DNA from: Chiloscyllium plagiosum
Lineage: Eukaryota
DNA length: 64,000 nt
Direction of reading: 5' to 3'
Assembly: GCF_004010195.1 (NCBI RefSeq)
Contig: NC_057721.1
Span: forward strand, 37,663,093-37,727,092
Below, one piece after another: positions 12,540 to 24,151 of the stretch; within the stretch, counting starts at the first letter, position 1; every line of letters starts with the position of its first letter. Under the pieces are notes generated by a model. It was not told where the DNA came from. It saw nothing but the letters and a program-made list of their open reading frames with translations, and made no database searches. A program made the translations under genes and the position numbers.

Positions 12540-12752
12540 TAATTGTTCACGAGATGAGGTTGTTGCTAGCTAGGCAGCATTTATTGCTATGCCTAATTGC
12601 CCAGAGGGCAGTTAACCATTCCTGTGGTTAACTCTGCAGTCACATGTATGCCAGATCAGGTAAGGATTTCAGTTTCCTTCCCTAAAGGACCAGATGGGTT
12701 TTTCAGGCAAACAGCAGTGGATGTATGGTCATTAGACTTTTAATTCCAGATA
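12540..12752 (-). mobile_element. tRNA-type SINE (family B tail), partial
   Basis: GCATTTATTGC tail and TTTCCTTCCCTAAAGGAC core, shared with 58985-59260 and 63370-63840. Confidence 0.65.
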
Positions 12753-13699
12753 TGGATAATTAAAATTGCTGCCAAGAGATATTATCCAACTGGTCAGTCA
12801 TCTAAGAAATAATAAGAGTATTTTATGATGCTAAGTCTAAAGAGAACCGCACAAACTAAAATATTATCAGATATTCAGACCAGATTGTGACTCATAGTGA
12901 TTACCTTTGGATATGTCAACCACAATCAAGTAATTAAGTTTTAAGCTCATCTCTTTTTTATGTCTGAAGAAAAATTGGTATTTTATTTCCTGTCTCAATC
13001 TGCCTCCTCCTTCTGAGCGCAGAGTAACATTTTGCCTGACACTGACCCTGCCTTCTTCAATGGCCAAAAACAGGCCAAGCATGTGACAATAATGTGGAAT
13101 GAAAAGGAGCTAAAAAGAACTTGTAAATATTGTGGAACATGAGTTTTAAAAGTGGAACAACTTTTGCCAGCTTGTTGTGGAATACATTTATTTCTATCTT
13201 CTGTTTCCTTGAGGTTGAACCCTCTCTTTTCCAGGCGTTATTTGTAATCAAAGAGACAGTGACTACCTCTAACCTGTTTCCAGTTCTACTTGAATCCTGC
13301 AAGGTGTACAGTCATCTGGCTATAACTGAGGAAGGAACATTGCTGTGAACTTTTTGACTATATCATGTACATTTCCGAATACTGCTGCATTTTCATTCCT
13401 TCTGGAACAGCAGCCAAGCTTTATGCCATCTCTTCCCACAATGGAATGTTTAGAATTTGCTGCTAATGAGAAGAGTGGAAGTGAAGACAAACAAGAGGAG
13501 TTACAAAAAATTTGGAGAATACTCAGGTGTGCCGGCTATAGGACACCCAGCCTTATCACATAGGTAGATATGGACAGAAAAAGTGTCTTCTGACTGTCTT
13601 CTGATGGTTTTGAAGAAAAACAGGGAGAAATATAAGAATAGAGTCACCAAAGGCATGAAAAGCTATTTTGAAAAAAATTCTTGGCTTTATTTACACCAA

Positions 13700-15590
13700 A
13701 TGCTTTGGATTATAGAATGATATTAAAGCTGCGATTCTGGAAGGGGGGCAGTTCAGATTTCAACAAAGGAGAACAAAGGGATTGACTAAGAGAAAGACAA
13801 TAGAGTATGAAAGAGAGCTTGCAGAACAGCACACAAACTAATTGTAAAAGTTTCCATAGGTTTGTAAATAGAAAAGGAATTATGAAAATGATACTAATGA
13901 AGTCCCTTACAATATGAACAGGTGAAATTATAATGGGTACAAAGAGATGGCGCATCAATTAGGTATGTACTTTGGTTCTGTCTTCTTAAGGGAAGACATA
14001 AATACTGTCCCAAAAATGTTGGAGAACACAGAAACTGAAGAAAATCATTATAAGTAGAGAAATGGCATTGGGGAAATTGTAGGGCTGAAAAGCTGATAAA
14101 TCCACAAGGCCCAATATTCTACATTGCAGAGTAGAGGAACTCTAAATGACCTTAGAAATAGTGGATGCATTTGTGGTCATCTTTCAAGATTCTGTAAACG
14201 CTGGAATAATTCCTACAGATTGGTGGATAGCTAATGTAACCCCACTATTTAAAAAAGGAGATAGAGAAAACAGAATTACAAACCAATTCGCCTGGCAGTA
14301 GTGGGAAAATACTAGAGTCTGTTATAAAATATTTAATAGCAGAACACATGGAAACCAGTGACAGGATCAGACAGAGTCAGCATGGATTTACAAAAGGGAA
14401 ATAATGTTTGCAAATCTATTGGAATTCTGAGGATGTAACTAGTGGAGTTAATAACAGGGTGCCGGTGATGTATATGATCAGATGGCTTTTGATAAGGTCC
14501 CACATAAGAAGTTAGCAAGTAAAATTAAAGCACATGGGATTAAGGATAGTGTATGGATAGAGAACTGGTTGGCAGACAGGATACAAAAATTAGGAATAAA
14601 TGAGTCTTTTTCTGAGTGACTAATAGTGATTACTGGCTTTCTGCAGGAATCAGTGCTTGGACCCCAGCTATTCCCAAATTGTATTAATGATTTAGATGAG
14701 GAAACTAAATGTAATGTCTCCCAAGTTTGCAGATGACACAAAGCTAGTGAGAGGTTAATTGTGAGGAGGATGCAGAGATATTTGTGTCATTTGGATATGT
14801 TGAGTGAGTGGGCAAATGCATGGCAGATGAAGTGTAATGTGAATAAATGTGAGATTATCCACTTTAGTAGCAAAGACAGGGAGGCAGATTATTATCTGAA
14901 ATGCGAGAGATTGGGAAAGAGGATGGTGCAATGAGACTTTGTTGTCCTTGTACACCAGTTCCTGAAAGTAAACATGTAGGTGCAGCAGGTGGTAAAGAAG
15001 GCAAATGATATATTAGCATTTATAGCAAGAGGATTCAAGAATAAGAGCAGGTATATCTTTCTGCAATTGTACAGGGACTTGTGAGTTCACACCTTGAGTA
15101 TTGTGTGCGGCTTTGGTCTCCTTATCTGAGGAAGGATGATCTGGCCATAAAGGGAGTGCAGCGAAGGTTTACCCAACTGAATCCTGGTATGGCAAGATGA
15201 TGTATGAAGAGAGAATGGATTGTTTAGGGCTATATTCACTTGAGTTTAGAAGATTTATTGATTTTATTTGATTTTTTTGAGGGAGGTATCATAGAAACAT
15301 ATAAAATTCTAATAGGGCTACACAGTGTAAATGCAGAAAGGATATTCCCAGTGACTGAGGAATCCAGAACTAGGCGTTGCAGTCTAAAGGTACTGGTTAG
15401 ATCATTTAGGACTGAGATGAGGAGAAATGTCTTCACCCAGAGAGCAGTGAGTGTATAGAATTCTCTGCCATATAGAGCAGTTGAGGTCAAAACATTGAAT
15501 ATTTTCAAGAAGGAGTTGGATATAGTGATTAGGGTTAAAGGGTATGGGGAGAAAATAAAAACTGGGCACTGAGTTGATGAACAGCTGCGA
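13700..15590 (+). mobile_element. Long decayed CR1 RT fragment
   Basis: Motifs for ANVTPLFKKG, QHGFTKG, AFDKVPH, GSVLGP.LF..IND, KFADDTK, WQM, EYCV..WSP and FTQR, with many stops. Confidence 0.9.
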
Positions 15591-15591
15591 T

Positions 15592-15722
15592 CATAGATTC
15601 ATGGAGTCATACAGCACAGAAACAGACCCTTCGGTCCAACCAGTCCATGCCAAACACAATCCCAAACTAAACTAGTCCCACCTGTCTGCTCCAGGCCCAT
15701 ATTCTTCCAAACCTTTCCTGTT
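15592..15722 (-). mobile_element. CR1 3' tail fragment
   Basis: AACAGACCCTTCGGTCCAAC...CTAGTCCCACCTG is the reverse complement of the CR1 tail at 8350-8450. Confidence 0.8.
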
Positions 15723-15742
15723 CGTGTATTTTATGTTTCTAT

Positions 15743-16095
15743 GCCACTGGACTAGTAATTGAGCGACCCAGGTCCAGGCTTTTGCATTGGGAATATGAGT
15801 TCAAATCCTCCCTCAGGATCTTGGAATTTAAGTTCAATTAATAAATCCTGAATATAAAGCTAGTCTCAATATTCTATCCATGAAAACAAACATTAATTTC
15901 TGTGAAAGTCGATTTGGTTCTCTCTAGCCATCTAAGAAAGGAAATTTGGCATCCATTTCCAGCATGACTTACATGTATTCCAAACCCGCACAGAGTGGCT
16001 GACATATAACTGGCCTTTGCAAGACCTAGCAAGCCATTCTGGCATATGTCAATTAGGGATGGGCAAGAAATGCTAATCTTGCCAGTGATGCCAAG
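15743..16095 (+). mobile_element. tRNA-type SINE with family B LINE tail
   Basis: B-box-like GAGTTCAAATCC, core GGAAATTTGGCATCC, tail TAGGGATGGGCAAGAAATGCT. Confidence 0.7.
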
Positions 16096-16394
16096 GGAGG
16101 ATAAAAATGTGGTCAACAACCCCAGGGATTTAGTCAGCTGTCTTAACATTTAGACAACATGAATATAAAGTACTGTTTGCGAAACATTTTGAAGGTGCTT
16201 TTAAAGTACGGAGGTGAGGTAGTAATATAAAGCCTTTTGGGAAGGTTTTTCCTGAGAGTGGAGGTCTAGCAATTCATGGCTGTGCCAGCATTGTAGGACA
16301 GAAGGAACAAGCTCGCATATCAATGAAGTAATGATTTTTAAACAATTGATGCATGCTGTAAAAAGTTGAAAATCACGAATGACTTATGCGGTCA

Positions 16395-16710
16395 TAATCA
16401 TACAGTACAAAAATAGACCTTTTAGTCCAACCAGTCCATGCCAAACATAATCCCAAACTAAACTAGTCCCACCTTCTTACTTCTGGCCCATGTCTCTCCA
16501 AACCTTTCCTATTCATTTACTTATCCAAATGTCTTTTGAACATTGTAATATTACCCAGACCCATCACTTTCTCTGGAAGTGATTCCACACATGAGCCATC
16601 CTCTGTGTAAATCTCTTTCCGAACACTGTAAAAATGCATCCCCTAGTCTTGAAATCCCCCATCCTAGGGAAAAGGCAACTAGCATGAACTCCATCTATAC
16701 CCTCATTATT
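16395..16710 (-). mobile_element. CR1 3' fragment
   Basis: LFPRMGDFKTRG...FTQRMAHVWN on the minus strand plus CR1 tail. Confidence 0.85.
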
Positions 16711-17184
16711 AATGCAAATATAACTTGTTTCAAAGGACCAGTGAGTTAAACTGTGGGTATGTCCACCATTCTTGCCCAAGTATGGTAAAGAAAAATAGAT
16801 AACCGCCAAAATTTCTGCATGAAGATGTAAAAGGATAATGGCACAAACATAGCCTTTGTCATCATTTGTTTCTCCTTCTTCCATCCCTTCCCCCATGCTA
16901 AATGATCCTTGTGAATTGTCATAGACAATACAAGTGAATCAAGTCATTATAATGCTACTGGGAATGCTTGTCCTTAAGAATTTTAATGTATGGCAGTGAA
17001 GCAGACAGAACCACGTTTATTAGCTTCAGTAAACAGGATAAAACAGTGCAGAGAATTGTAACAATGGAATTCAGTACCTTAGGAGACACGGAGCCAATGA
17101 TGATTGCCAAGAAAAAGACACTGTTTACTAAACTGTGTGGTTGTATGGTCCCAGCAACCATGAATGTGCTGTGCAAGGAACAAA

Positions 17185-17281
17185 CAATGTTCCCTTTCTA
17201 ACATGCGCAACTGCACAGCAAAATTGCATGGTGCAACAACCAGATTGCGCACACTAAAGAGAAATTAGAGGGAGGACATTG
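17185..17281. mobile_element. Small hAT-like MITE remnant
   Basis: Imperfect inverted ends CAATGTTCCCTTTCTAA / TTAGAGGGAGGACATTG. No TSD visible. Confidence 0.4.
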
Positions 17282-18214
17282 ATTATGAACGCATTGAACT
17301 AGTGTCTCACAGGATAAAAGTAGTGGGACTGATTATGAATTATAGCCTTTGAAGGATGATGTGGGGATGTGAGTGCAGGAGCTATTTTCTCCAGCAACTA
17401 GTAAAGTTAAGGACAGAGTTAGCTTGAAATGGAAAGTCTTTTCAAAGGTTTGGATATGGGTTTTTGAATGATTCAGAATCGAAATATGACACCATAATTC
17501 CAACCTGAATAACAAGAAGAATAGAATTGGCACTAAGTGTCTCATACTGAATAGAATGACTGTAATCTTGTCTTTCTTTATACTGCATGCAAAATGTTTT
17601 GGTTAATTCAGTGCCAACTTAACTAACACTGCCAGTGCCTCAGAATAAGAAGCAAATAACACTGATTGCAGGATAAAATATTAAAGGGATCAGGGAATAC
17701 AGTCAAATTTGGAACTGTTTTGTTACAATATGGTTACACTGGCATATTAGTTAGCATTTGTGATTCTGGAGCTTTATTAACTTGGTTCAATCGCCACAGT
17801 TGCTGCAAAATGAGTTTAACTGTTAGCATGAATTTGAGGACGTAATGGCAGTCATTAGGCTAAGCCTTTTGAATTGGAACTTGGATATCTTCAGTTAAAT
17901 AATTTTTCTTGTTTGTGTTTTCCTAACTTGGATACCTTCTCAACAATGAGCTTTCATTCTCACAGTTTGTCTTTTGAGCTGTTGTTGTTTTGTGAAAACA
18001 TGTTTTCATATTGTGGATGTCTGGTTGCACAGCACACTGCTGCACGTGAAGTGCTAATTTTCATATCTCTCTCTCTCCCTTATTTATAGAATGCAAAACA
18101 AAGGCTGCAGCAGCTGTGATCAGAAATGTTTTTTCTCTCTTTCTTTCACACATATTTTCATTGCTTTTCCATAAAGCATTTTATTAATTTTGTCTCAATT
18201 ATAAACAGTTTATT

Positions 18215-18380
18215 TTTCATCATCATATTACTGTTGGGAGTTGTGTGTACATAATTTGGCTGCTGCATTTCTACGTTACAACAATAACTACATTTGGAAA
18301 GTATTTCACTTGCTATAAAGTGCTTGGGAACATCTGGTGGTCATGAAAGACACAATATAATTGCAAGTCTTTCCTTCCTT
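18215..18380 (+). mobile_element. DeuSINE (AmnSINE1/SacSINE1-type) 3' portion
   Basis: TTGGCTGCTGCATTTCTACGTTACAACA...AAAGTATTTCACTTGCTATAAAGTGCTTGGGAACATC...TGCAAGTCTTTC resembles the Deu domain plus L2-like tail as I recall it. Confidence 0.7.
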
Positions 18381-18635
18381 CCTTTATTGTGACCAGGTGA
18401 AGAGGGGTGAATCAGCTAACCTCTTTTAAATCTCCTCAGTTAGCAACGTCAAAGATTTATGTTTATAGTACAAGGCTGTACTTCTGTCTAATAAATTGTA
18501 GTTACCAAAGTCTACAGTATCAGTAAGGAGCCAATTTCAGTATTTTCTTGTGAAAGAGCAATTTAACTGTGTGTATAAATGTTAGGATTTAGATTATACA
18601 AATAATAGCGTACATTTATACACAGTTTCTCAAAT

Positions 18636-19044
18636 AAAAGGAGCAAATTACTGCAGATGCTGGAATCTGTACTGAAAATGAAAAATGCTGTAGATCACAG
18701 TGGGTCAGGTAGCATCCTTGGGGAGAAAGAACAAGCTAAAGTTTTAAGTCTAGATGACTCTTCATCAGAGCCAGAGTGACATGTTCAAGGGACAGTATTT
18801 ATTGCAGACGTCGATGGGTGAGAAAGGATGTTGACAGTTCACTTAATTGGATCATTTAATCTGAACTATCAACATCCTTTCTCCCCTAGCAGTCCACCAC
18901 TCCCCCCACATTGCATAAATGCTGCTTCCTCCACACTTCATTTTAGCTCTAATGAAGAGTCATCTAGACTCAAAACGTTAGCTTGCTTTCTCTCCATGGA
19001 TGCTGCCTGACCCGCTGTGATCTCCAGCTTTTTTTGTTTTCACT
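18636..19044. mobile_element. Penelope pLTR-derived fold-back element (~370-bp imperfect palindrome)
   Basis: Outer arms ~18672-18771 / ~18946-19044 and inner palindrome ~18816-18886. Decayed hammerhead GCTCTAATGAAGAGTCATCTAGACTCAAAACGTTAGC at 18946-18982. Confidence 0.8.
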
Positions 19045-19484
19045 GAAATAACTAGGTCAGATGCTCCTTTCAGAACGACCGATGAACTAATCCAATATGC
19101 ATCAGAAAGCAGGGCCCCTGTAGTGTTAATGGAAAGTTGTTTTTACTAGTTTACATAAATGCCATTAGCTGGCTTTTGGTTCAAAATAATGAAGGATTGA
19201 AGTTAGTTTAGAAACTCAAGATGGAAAGATTTTCTACTGCTTTGAAAAGACCTGACTGAGTTAGATGCAAATATAGTTTGAACAGTTAAAATATTGAACA
19301 GTTCAGGGAAAGTACTGTTACCTGCAGAAAAATATAGTTTTTGTAACTTCCAAAACATGAGTGCTAGGTTATAAATCTGCAGGTTAATTAAAACTGATTT
19401 GGAGATGCCAGTGTTGGACTGGGGTGTACAAAGTTAAAAATCACACAGCACCAGTTTATAGTCCAACAGGTTTAATTGGAAGCA

Positions 19485-19520
19485 CACTAGCTTTCGGAGC
19501 GCCACTCCTTCATCAGGTGA
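19485..19520 (-). ncRNA. Minimal hammerhead ribozyme motif (minus-strand copy)
   Basis: Exact reverse complement of 19528-19563. Confidence 0.7.
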
Positions 19521-19527
19521 GTCACAA

Positions 19528-19563
19528 TCACCTGATGAAGGAGTGGCGCTCCGAAAGCTAGTG
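19528..19563 (+). ncRNA. Minimal hammerhead ribozyme motif
   Basis: UCAC-CUGAUGA-A-GGAG-UGGCG-CUCC-GAAA-GC-UA-GUG: intact core, 4-bp stem II, helix I CAC/GUG, palindromic AGCU in place of helix III. Confidence 0.75.
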
Positions 19564-20384
19564 TGCTTCCAATTAAACCTGTTGTATAACCTGGTGATGT
19601 GTGATTTTTAAAATTAAAACTGAGAAAGTCTAAACTTTTAATTGTATGAGGACTAATGTAAGAAAACCTCACAATTCATGGGAAGGAACTGAGGAGAATC
19701 AGTTAAATTGAACTTCAAGGTCTGAAGTAGAGTGGTAATGTCTCTGGATTTGCATCTCTGGAATGGACAGTGTTGGGAAATGGGATGGGACTTTGTTTTG
19801 CAATGTGTTTTAAATCTTTCAAACTATGTTTATATTTGGTTTGTATATTTTGTTTTCTTTCTTTTGTGTAATAAACTTCTCTTTTGCTGTTAAAGAAACT
19901 CAACAGTCTCATGTGACTATTTATTCAGTGAAATAAACCTCACATTAACTAAAAATGAAAAAAACACAAGCCAGGTTTCACTTATGGATTGGACTTGTCC
20001 ATTGGTAGCATCAGCTGGGGTCATAACATCAGTTAACCCTGAGAAAATAAAATAAAGAAATAACATCCAACATATGTAGATACAAATACAAATAATTAGA
20101 GAGGATGGTGACCAGTACAAAAGCAAATAAAAAGGATATGCCTTCGGGTTTCCTTAAGATGTAGAGGTTTTAACCTGAGACCATGGTTTTAAAGTGTTAT
20201 CTTGCATCCTCAGAACTAGTAGATATCACAGATCTTTAAGTTCTCAGTGTCCTAATGTTTCTCTCCAACACATTTATCATTGGTAGCCTTCCTGTTCAAG
20301 AAACTAGAGAGCACTGTCTCCAACTGGTTCAAGCCACAAATCCATCTTGCAACTTCTGTCAGAAACAGCTCCCCCGAAGTACAA

Positions 20385-21045
20385 CTGGAAACACAATATA
20401 ATCAAGAAAGCTAATGGAATGCTGGCTTGTATGTCTAGAGGACTGGTGCACAAGGACACAGAAGTCATGCTGCAGTTATACAAAACTCTAGTTAGATCCC
20501 ATTTGAAGTACAGTGAGCAGATCTGGGCAACACACCTTAGGAAGGATATATTGGACTTGAAGGTTGTCCAATGTAGATTTACAAAAATGATACTTGGACT
20601 TCAAGGGTTAAGTTATGAGGAGAAATTATACAAATGAGACCTGTTTTCACTAGAATTGAAAAGGTTAAGATATTCAAGAAGTCTTCAAGATTTTAACAGG
20701 AAAAGACAGGGTAGATAAAAGATAAACTATGTTCACTGGTTGGGGATTCTACAGTTAGGGAATATAGTCCGAGAGTTAAGTCTGTACTGTTCAGGAGAGG
20801 TGTTAGGAAGCACTTCTACACACAAAGGGTGGTAGATGTTTGGAATTCTTTTCCACAAATGGCAGTGTATGCTGGATTAGTTTTTACTTTTAAGTCTGAG
20901 ATAGATAATTTTTATTAAGCAAAGATATTAAGCGATGTGGGTTTAAAGGCAGGTATATGGAGTTAGGCCACAGATCAACCCTAATCTCATTGAATGGTAG
21001 AATAGGTTTGAGAGGCTGATTGGCCTACCCTTGTTCCTATGTTCT
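20385..21045 (+). mobile_element. CR1 3' fragment
   Basis: KKANGML...QLYKTLVRSHLKYSEQIW and tail GGCCTACCCTTGTTCCTATGTT. Confidence 0.9.
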
Positions 21046-21499
21046 CAAGAAGTGCAAGATCTTAAACAGTGAGGTCACAGATCTCTGCAACTCTACTGTT
21101 AGGTACTCACATCTCCTGCAGCAGTTGGGTCACACTGCATAATTGCAGTTTAACTTCTGCATCCTTATATATCGGCCCTCTAAGTACAAAGGCCATTTCT
21201 GATTATTTTCTATTCGTGTTTGTGCCATTTTAAATATCTATGTACCTGAAGCCCCAAGTCTTTTTGGACATACACTGGATTGTAACTTCATGCCATCTAA
21301 AAAATACCCTGATCTATCCTTTTCCAGTTCAAAATTGTTTGGTCAAGCTGTAAAAAAAAAGTCTTTCAAAAAAAGCACTCATAAATGGACAGTATTATTC
21401 CAATTATTAAAGTGAAAAGGTCAAAGGCTGAGGCAGAGTTCAAACTATCAGGTTTGAATTAAAAACAAATTTTTGTTGTGCAAGCAAAAATTGTCTTAA

Positions 21500-22900
21500 T
21501 GGCCAAAAAATTGCATTGATGCTTTTTATTTCTTTTAAAAAGGCACAAATCTCCAGACATGAAGCAGTAGGAGTGTAGGCTCTCCATATTGTTAAAAATC
21601 ATAGAAAACTTACTAAGAAGAAAAAGATAGTGTACATTTACAGTTTTTTCCTCCGTCTTGTAAAAGAAAAAAGTGCAAAATTTCCTTATTTTATAGTACT
21701 TTGGTGATCTCTAAATGCTTGAAGATGGTTATTTTTAGCAGCAATAGAATGATAACACTGAAAATGTAAATCTATTGCACAAATTTAATGTTTCAAATGT
21801 ATAGTTTTAAAAAATGTACAAACAGAGTCAATGTCCAGCATTATCACAAGAGTGCAACTTTTGTAAGAAAATGTGACATTTTCTGAAAATGTGCAAAGGT
21901 TAACAACAACCCCTGAGCCATAGACCTAATAATGCTTTCTTGCACTCAGGTTAACATCTTAACACAAGCATCTTTGGGAGAAATCCCAAAAACCAAGGCA
22001 TGTTTTGATTAGAATACACATATTAATTTGATGATATGGCATCTTTGGAAAATACAACACAAGTATTCCTAAGGGTAATTGGTTCACATCTGAACAAGAC
22101 ATGACTGACATACAGGTTAAATGTCATCCAATTCATTTTAAACTTGACACGAGAGCAAGTCTCACTCTATTAGCTGAACCTACCCATTCTAGAGGTGAAT
22201 GAAACCACAATTTTCTGACTGAGAACTGCATGGAGTAATCAGAAAACCATTCAACATCTAAGGACTGCTGGGAATAGTTGTAAAAAAAGTTGGAAGAGTT
22301 ATACTAATCAAAACCCAACACTTCTCACTTCTGAGAAGAAACGTGTTTCAGTCTGAAAATTCTACAGCATTTAAAAGAACTTCACATAATTCAGAAGCCA
22401 AATACCAGTGATCAACATAACTTTATTTAACTAAAGGAAGGCTTCATGGCTGTCAAAATAATGCCCTGAACCCGAGAGAAAGTATACACCACTTGAGAAT
22501 CATTACAGGGGTTGTTGACAACTTGTTATGACTGAGATCAGAAGACAAAACTTACTTGACAGCTTTGTATGAATTATTCAATTGTCTTCCAACTGCAAAT
22601 AAATCTTCAAAATCTGATCATCCAACATCCTTGAAACCACAACCAACATGAGTTAGTAGTTGACTCTCTACAGTCAGCTATTTAGGAAAATTAGTACCAA
22701 AACATCACAGTCACCTTTACTGTCTGTGATTGAACCTGAAAAAATTATGTGGTTCTAAATTAATATACATGAGGATGGAAGGATAATTTACAAGTCTACC
22801 CCATTACAACACCAAAGGGAGAAGATTAGTTCCTTCAGAAACACAACTATCTTCTCTGATACAATTTGAGGAAAATATACACTCTCCAAACATTCAACAG
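21500..22900 (+). mobile_element. Fossil Ty3/Gypsy LTR retrotransposon internal region
   Basis: Gag zinc knuckle CPALSQECNFCKKM*HFLKMC (21832-21894), protease IQVKCHPIHFKLDTRASLTLL (22110-22172, cf. FKLDTGA), and weaker integrase-tail YTPLENHY..QLVM (22483-22530). Boundaries are approximate. Confidence 0.75.
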
Positions 22901-22947
22901 TAACATTCACGCCAGAACACATCCTCCACAAATGGCATTTGGGAAAT

Positions 22948-23460
22948 GGGTGTAGGACCATTCGGCGCAGCCACTTTGGCGCGACCCATTTCGGCGCAAG
23001 CGATTCGGCGCAGCTCTTATTTATTCCTTTTCAGGCTTACTTACAAGCATTAATGAAAGCAATAAACAGAAAAATAATGTTTATCCTCTTCAGTAAAAAT
23101 GTTTAAAAGAAAATAAAAATGAAAGAAATAAGACAAATACAAAATTGTTGATGGTATTTTAACAGGTTTTATTTTATTTTAATAATTTGTATATTAATAT
23201 GTTTTATTTTAATATTTTAATAATTTTAATAATAATAGTTTAATAACTACTACTGAATAAGTACAAAACAGTTCTCGGCAAATGGGTCTGCACCGAAATA
23301 TACTTTATTTTAATATATTTTAATAATTTTATTAATTTAACTATTTTAATAACAACTACTGAATAACTACAAAACAGTTCTGCGCCAAATGGGTCTGCAC
23401 CAAAATGGGTCGCTCCAAACCGGCCGCGCCAAAGTGGCTGCGCTGAATGGTCCCACTCCG
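22948..23460. mobile_element. Mutator (MULE)/foldback-like non-autonomous DNA transposon
   Basis: About 35-bp TIRs (GGACCATTCGGCGCAGCCACTTTGGCGCG / CGCGCCAAAGTGGCTGCGCTGAATGGTCC), subterminal TTCGGCGCA repeats, AT-rich core, and 9-bp TSD TTGGGAAAT at 22939-22947 and 23461-23469. Confidence 0.85.
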
Positions 23461-24151
23461 TTGGGAAATGACAGGTCCATCAACATTACAGTGAAATAAT
23501 GAACTAAACTTGAATGTTTTGTCCTCTAGCAGGCTTCTAACCTGACCAAGTTGTCAACCATTTGTAAAACCAAAGACCTGTGGGGAGATTGGATAGTTGT
23601 AAACCTACTTTACTTATTTGAAGCTAATGTATAAAGAATGTAAAAAGAAAACTGGGAAAAGAAAAACTGGGACGGAGATGTTGTATAAGTCAACCAGTAT
23701 CTGAAAGAGTTAACTGACATCACAAGATAAGTTGCATTCATTAGGATACAGAGGACTGTAGAGGAAGCAGCAAACCAGATTTCTCAGTACCAGTTTCTAA
23801 ATTTTAAAGTTAGTGCAGCTAAGCAGTAACATCACATGTCTAGCTCGAGATTTCACAGGAAACTTAACTCTGCTTTAATGTACCTATTAAGTACTAAACA
23901 ATAAATCTTCTCAATGAGTCTGAGACTCTCATCTGCTTAAGGTTTGATGTTGACATCCTTTCTGCATTTGATATCAGTAAATTAAATGAGTACAACAAGA
24001 AGGATGGTGGTTTCAAATCTACACATAACATTTCATGTAGCACCAAAGGATACCAATTAATATTAATAAATTTCTATAGCTACAATACTCAGTTCAGTCA
24101 TACCAACTGATGTATCTAATCATTAAGCTATTAGGAATCCATATGCATTTG

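Larger units (their letters stand above)
19398..19611. mobile_element. Penelope pLTR-derived palindromic element with 12-bp TSD
   Basis: Hairpin 19434-19611 with 7-nt loop (19521-19527). AATTAAAACTGA is duplicated at 19386-19397 and 19612-19623. Same pLTR as 40899-41030. Confidence 0.9.
18385..20028 (+). mobile_element. Probable solo LTR carrying two nested Penelope palindromes
   Basis: Ends TATTGTGACC ... GGTCATAACA are an 8/10 inverted match to TGTTATGACC. AATAAA lies near 19870. No clear TSD. Confidence 0.5.

Noticed and set aside
22960-23450. Regularly spaced short GC-rich repeats suggesting a CRISPR-like array
   Set aside because: They are subterminal repeats of a TIR element with a TSD in eukaryotic DNA. 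There are no unique spacers or cas genes.
21350-24100. Initially looked like a 3' UTR or processed pseudogene
   Set aside because: Better explained by the Gypsy remnant plus the MULE-like MITE.
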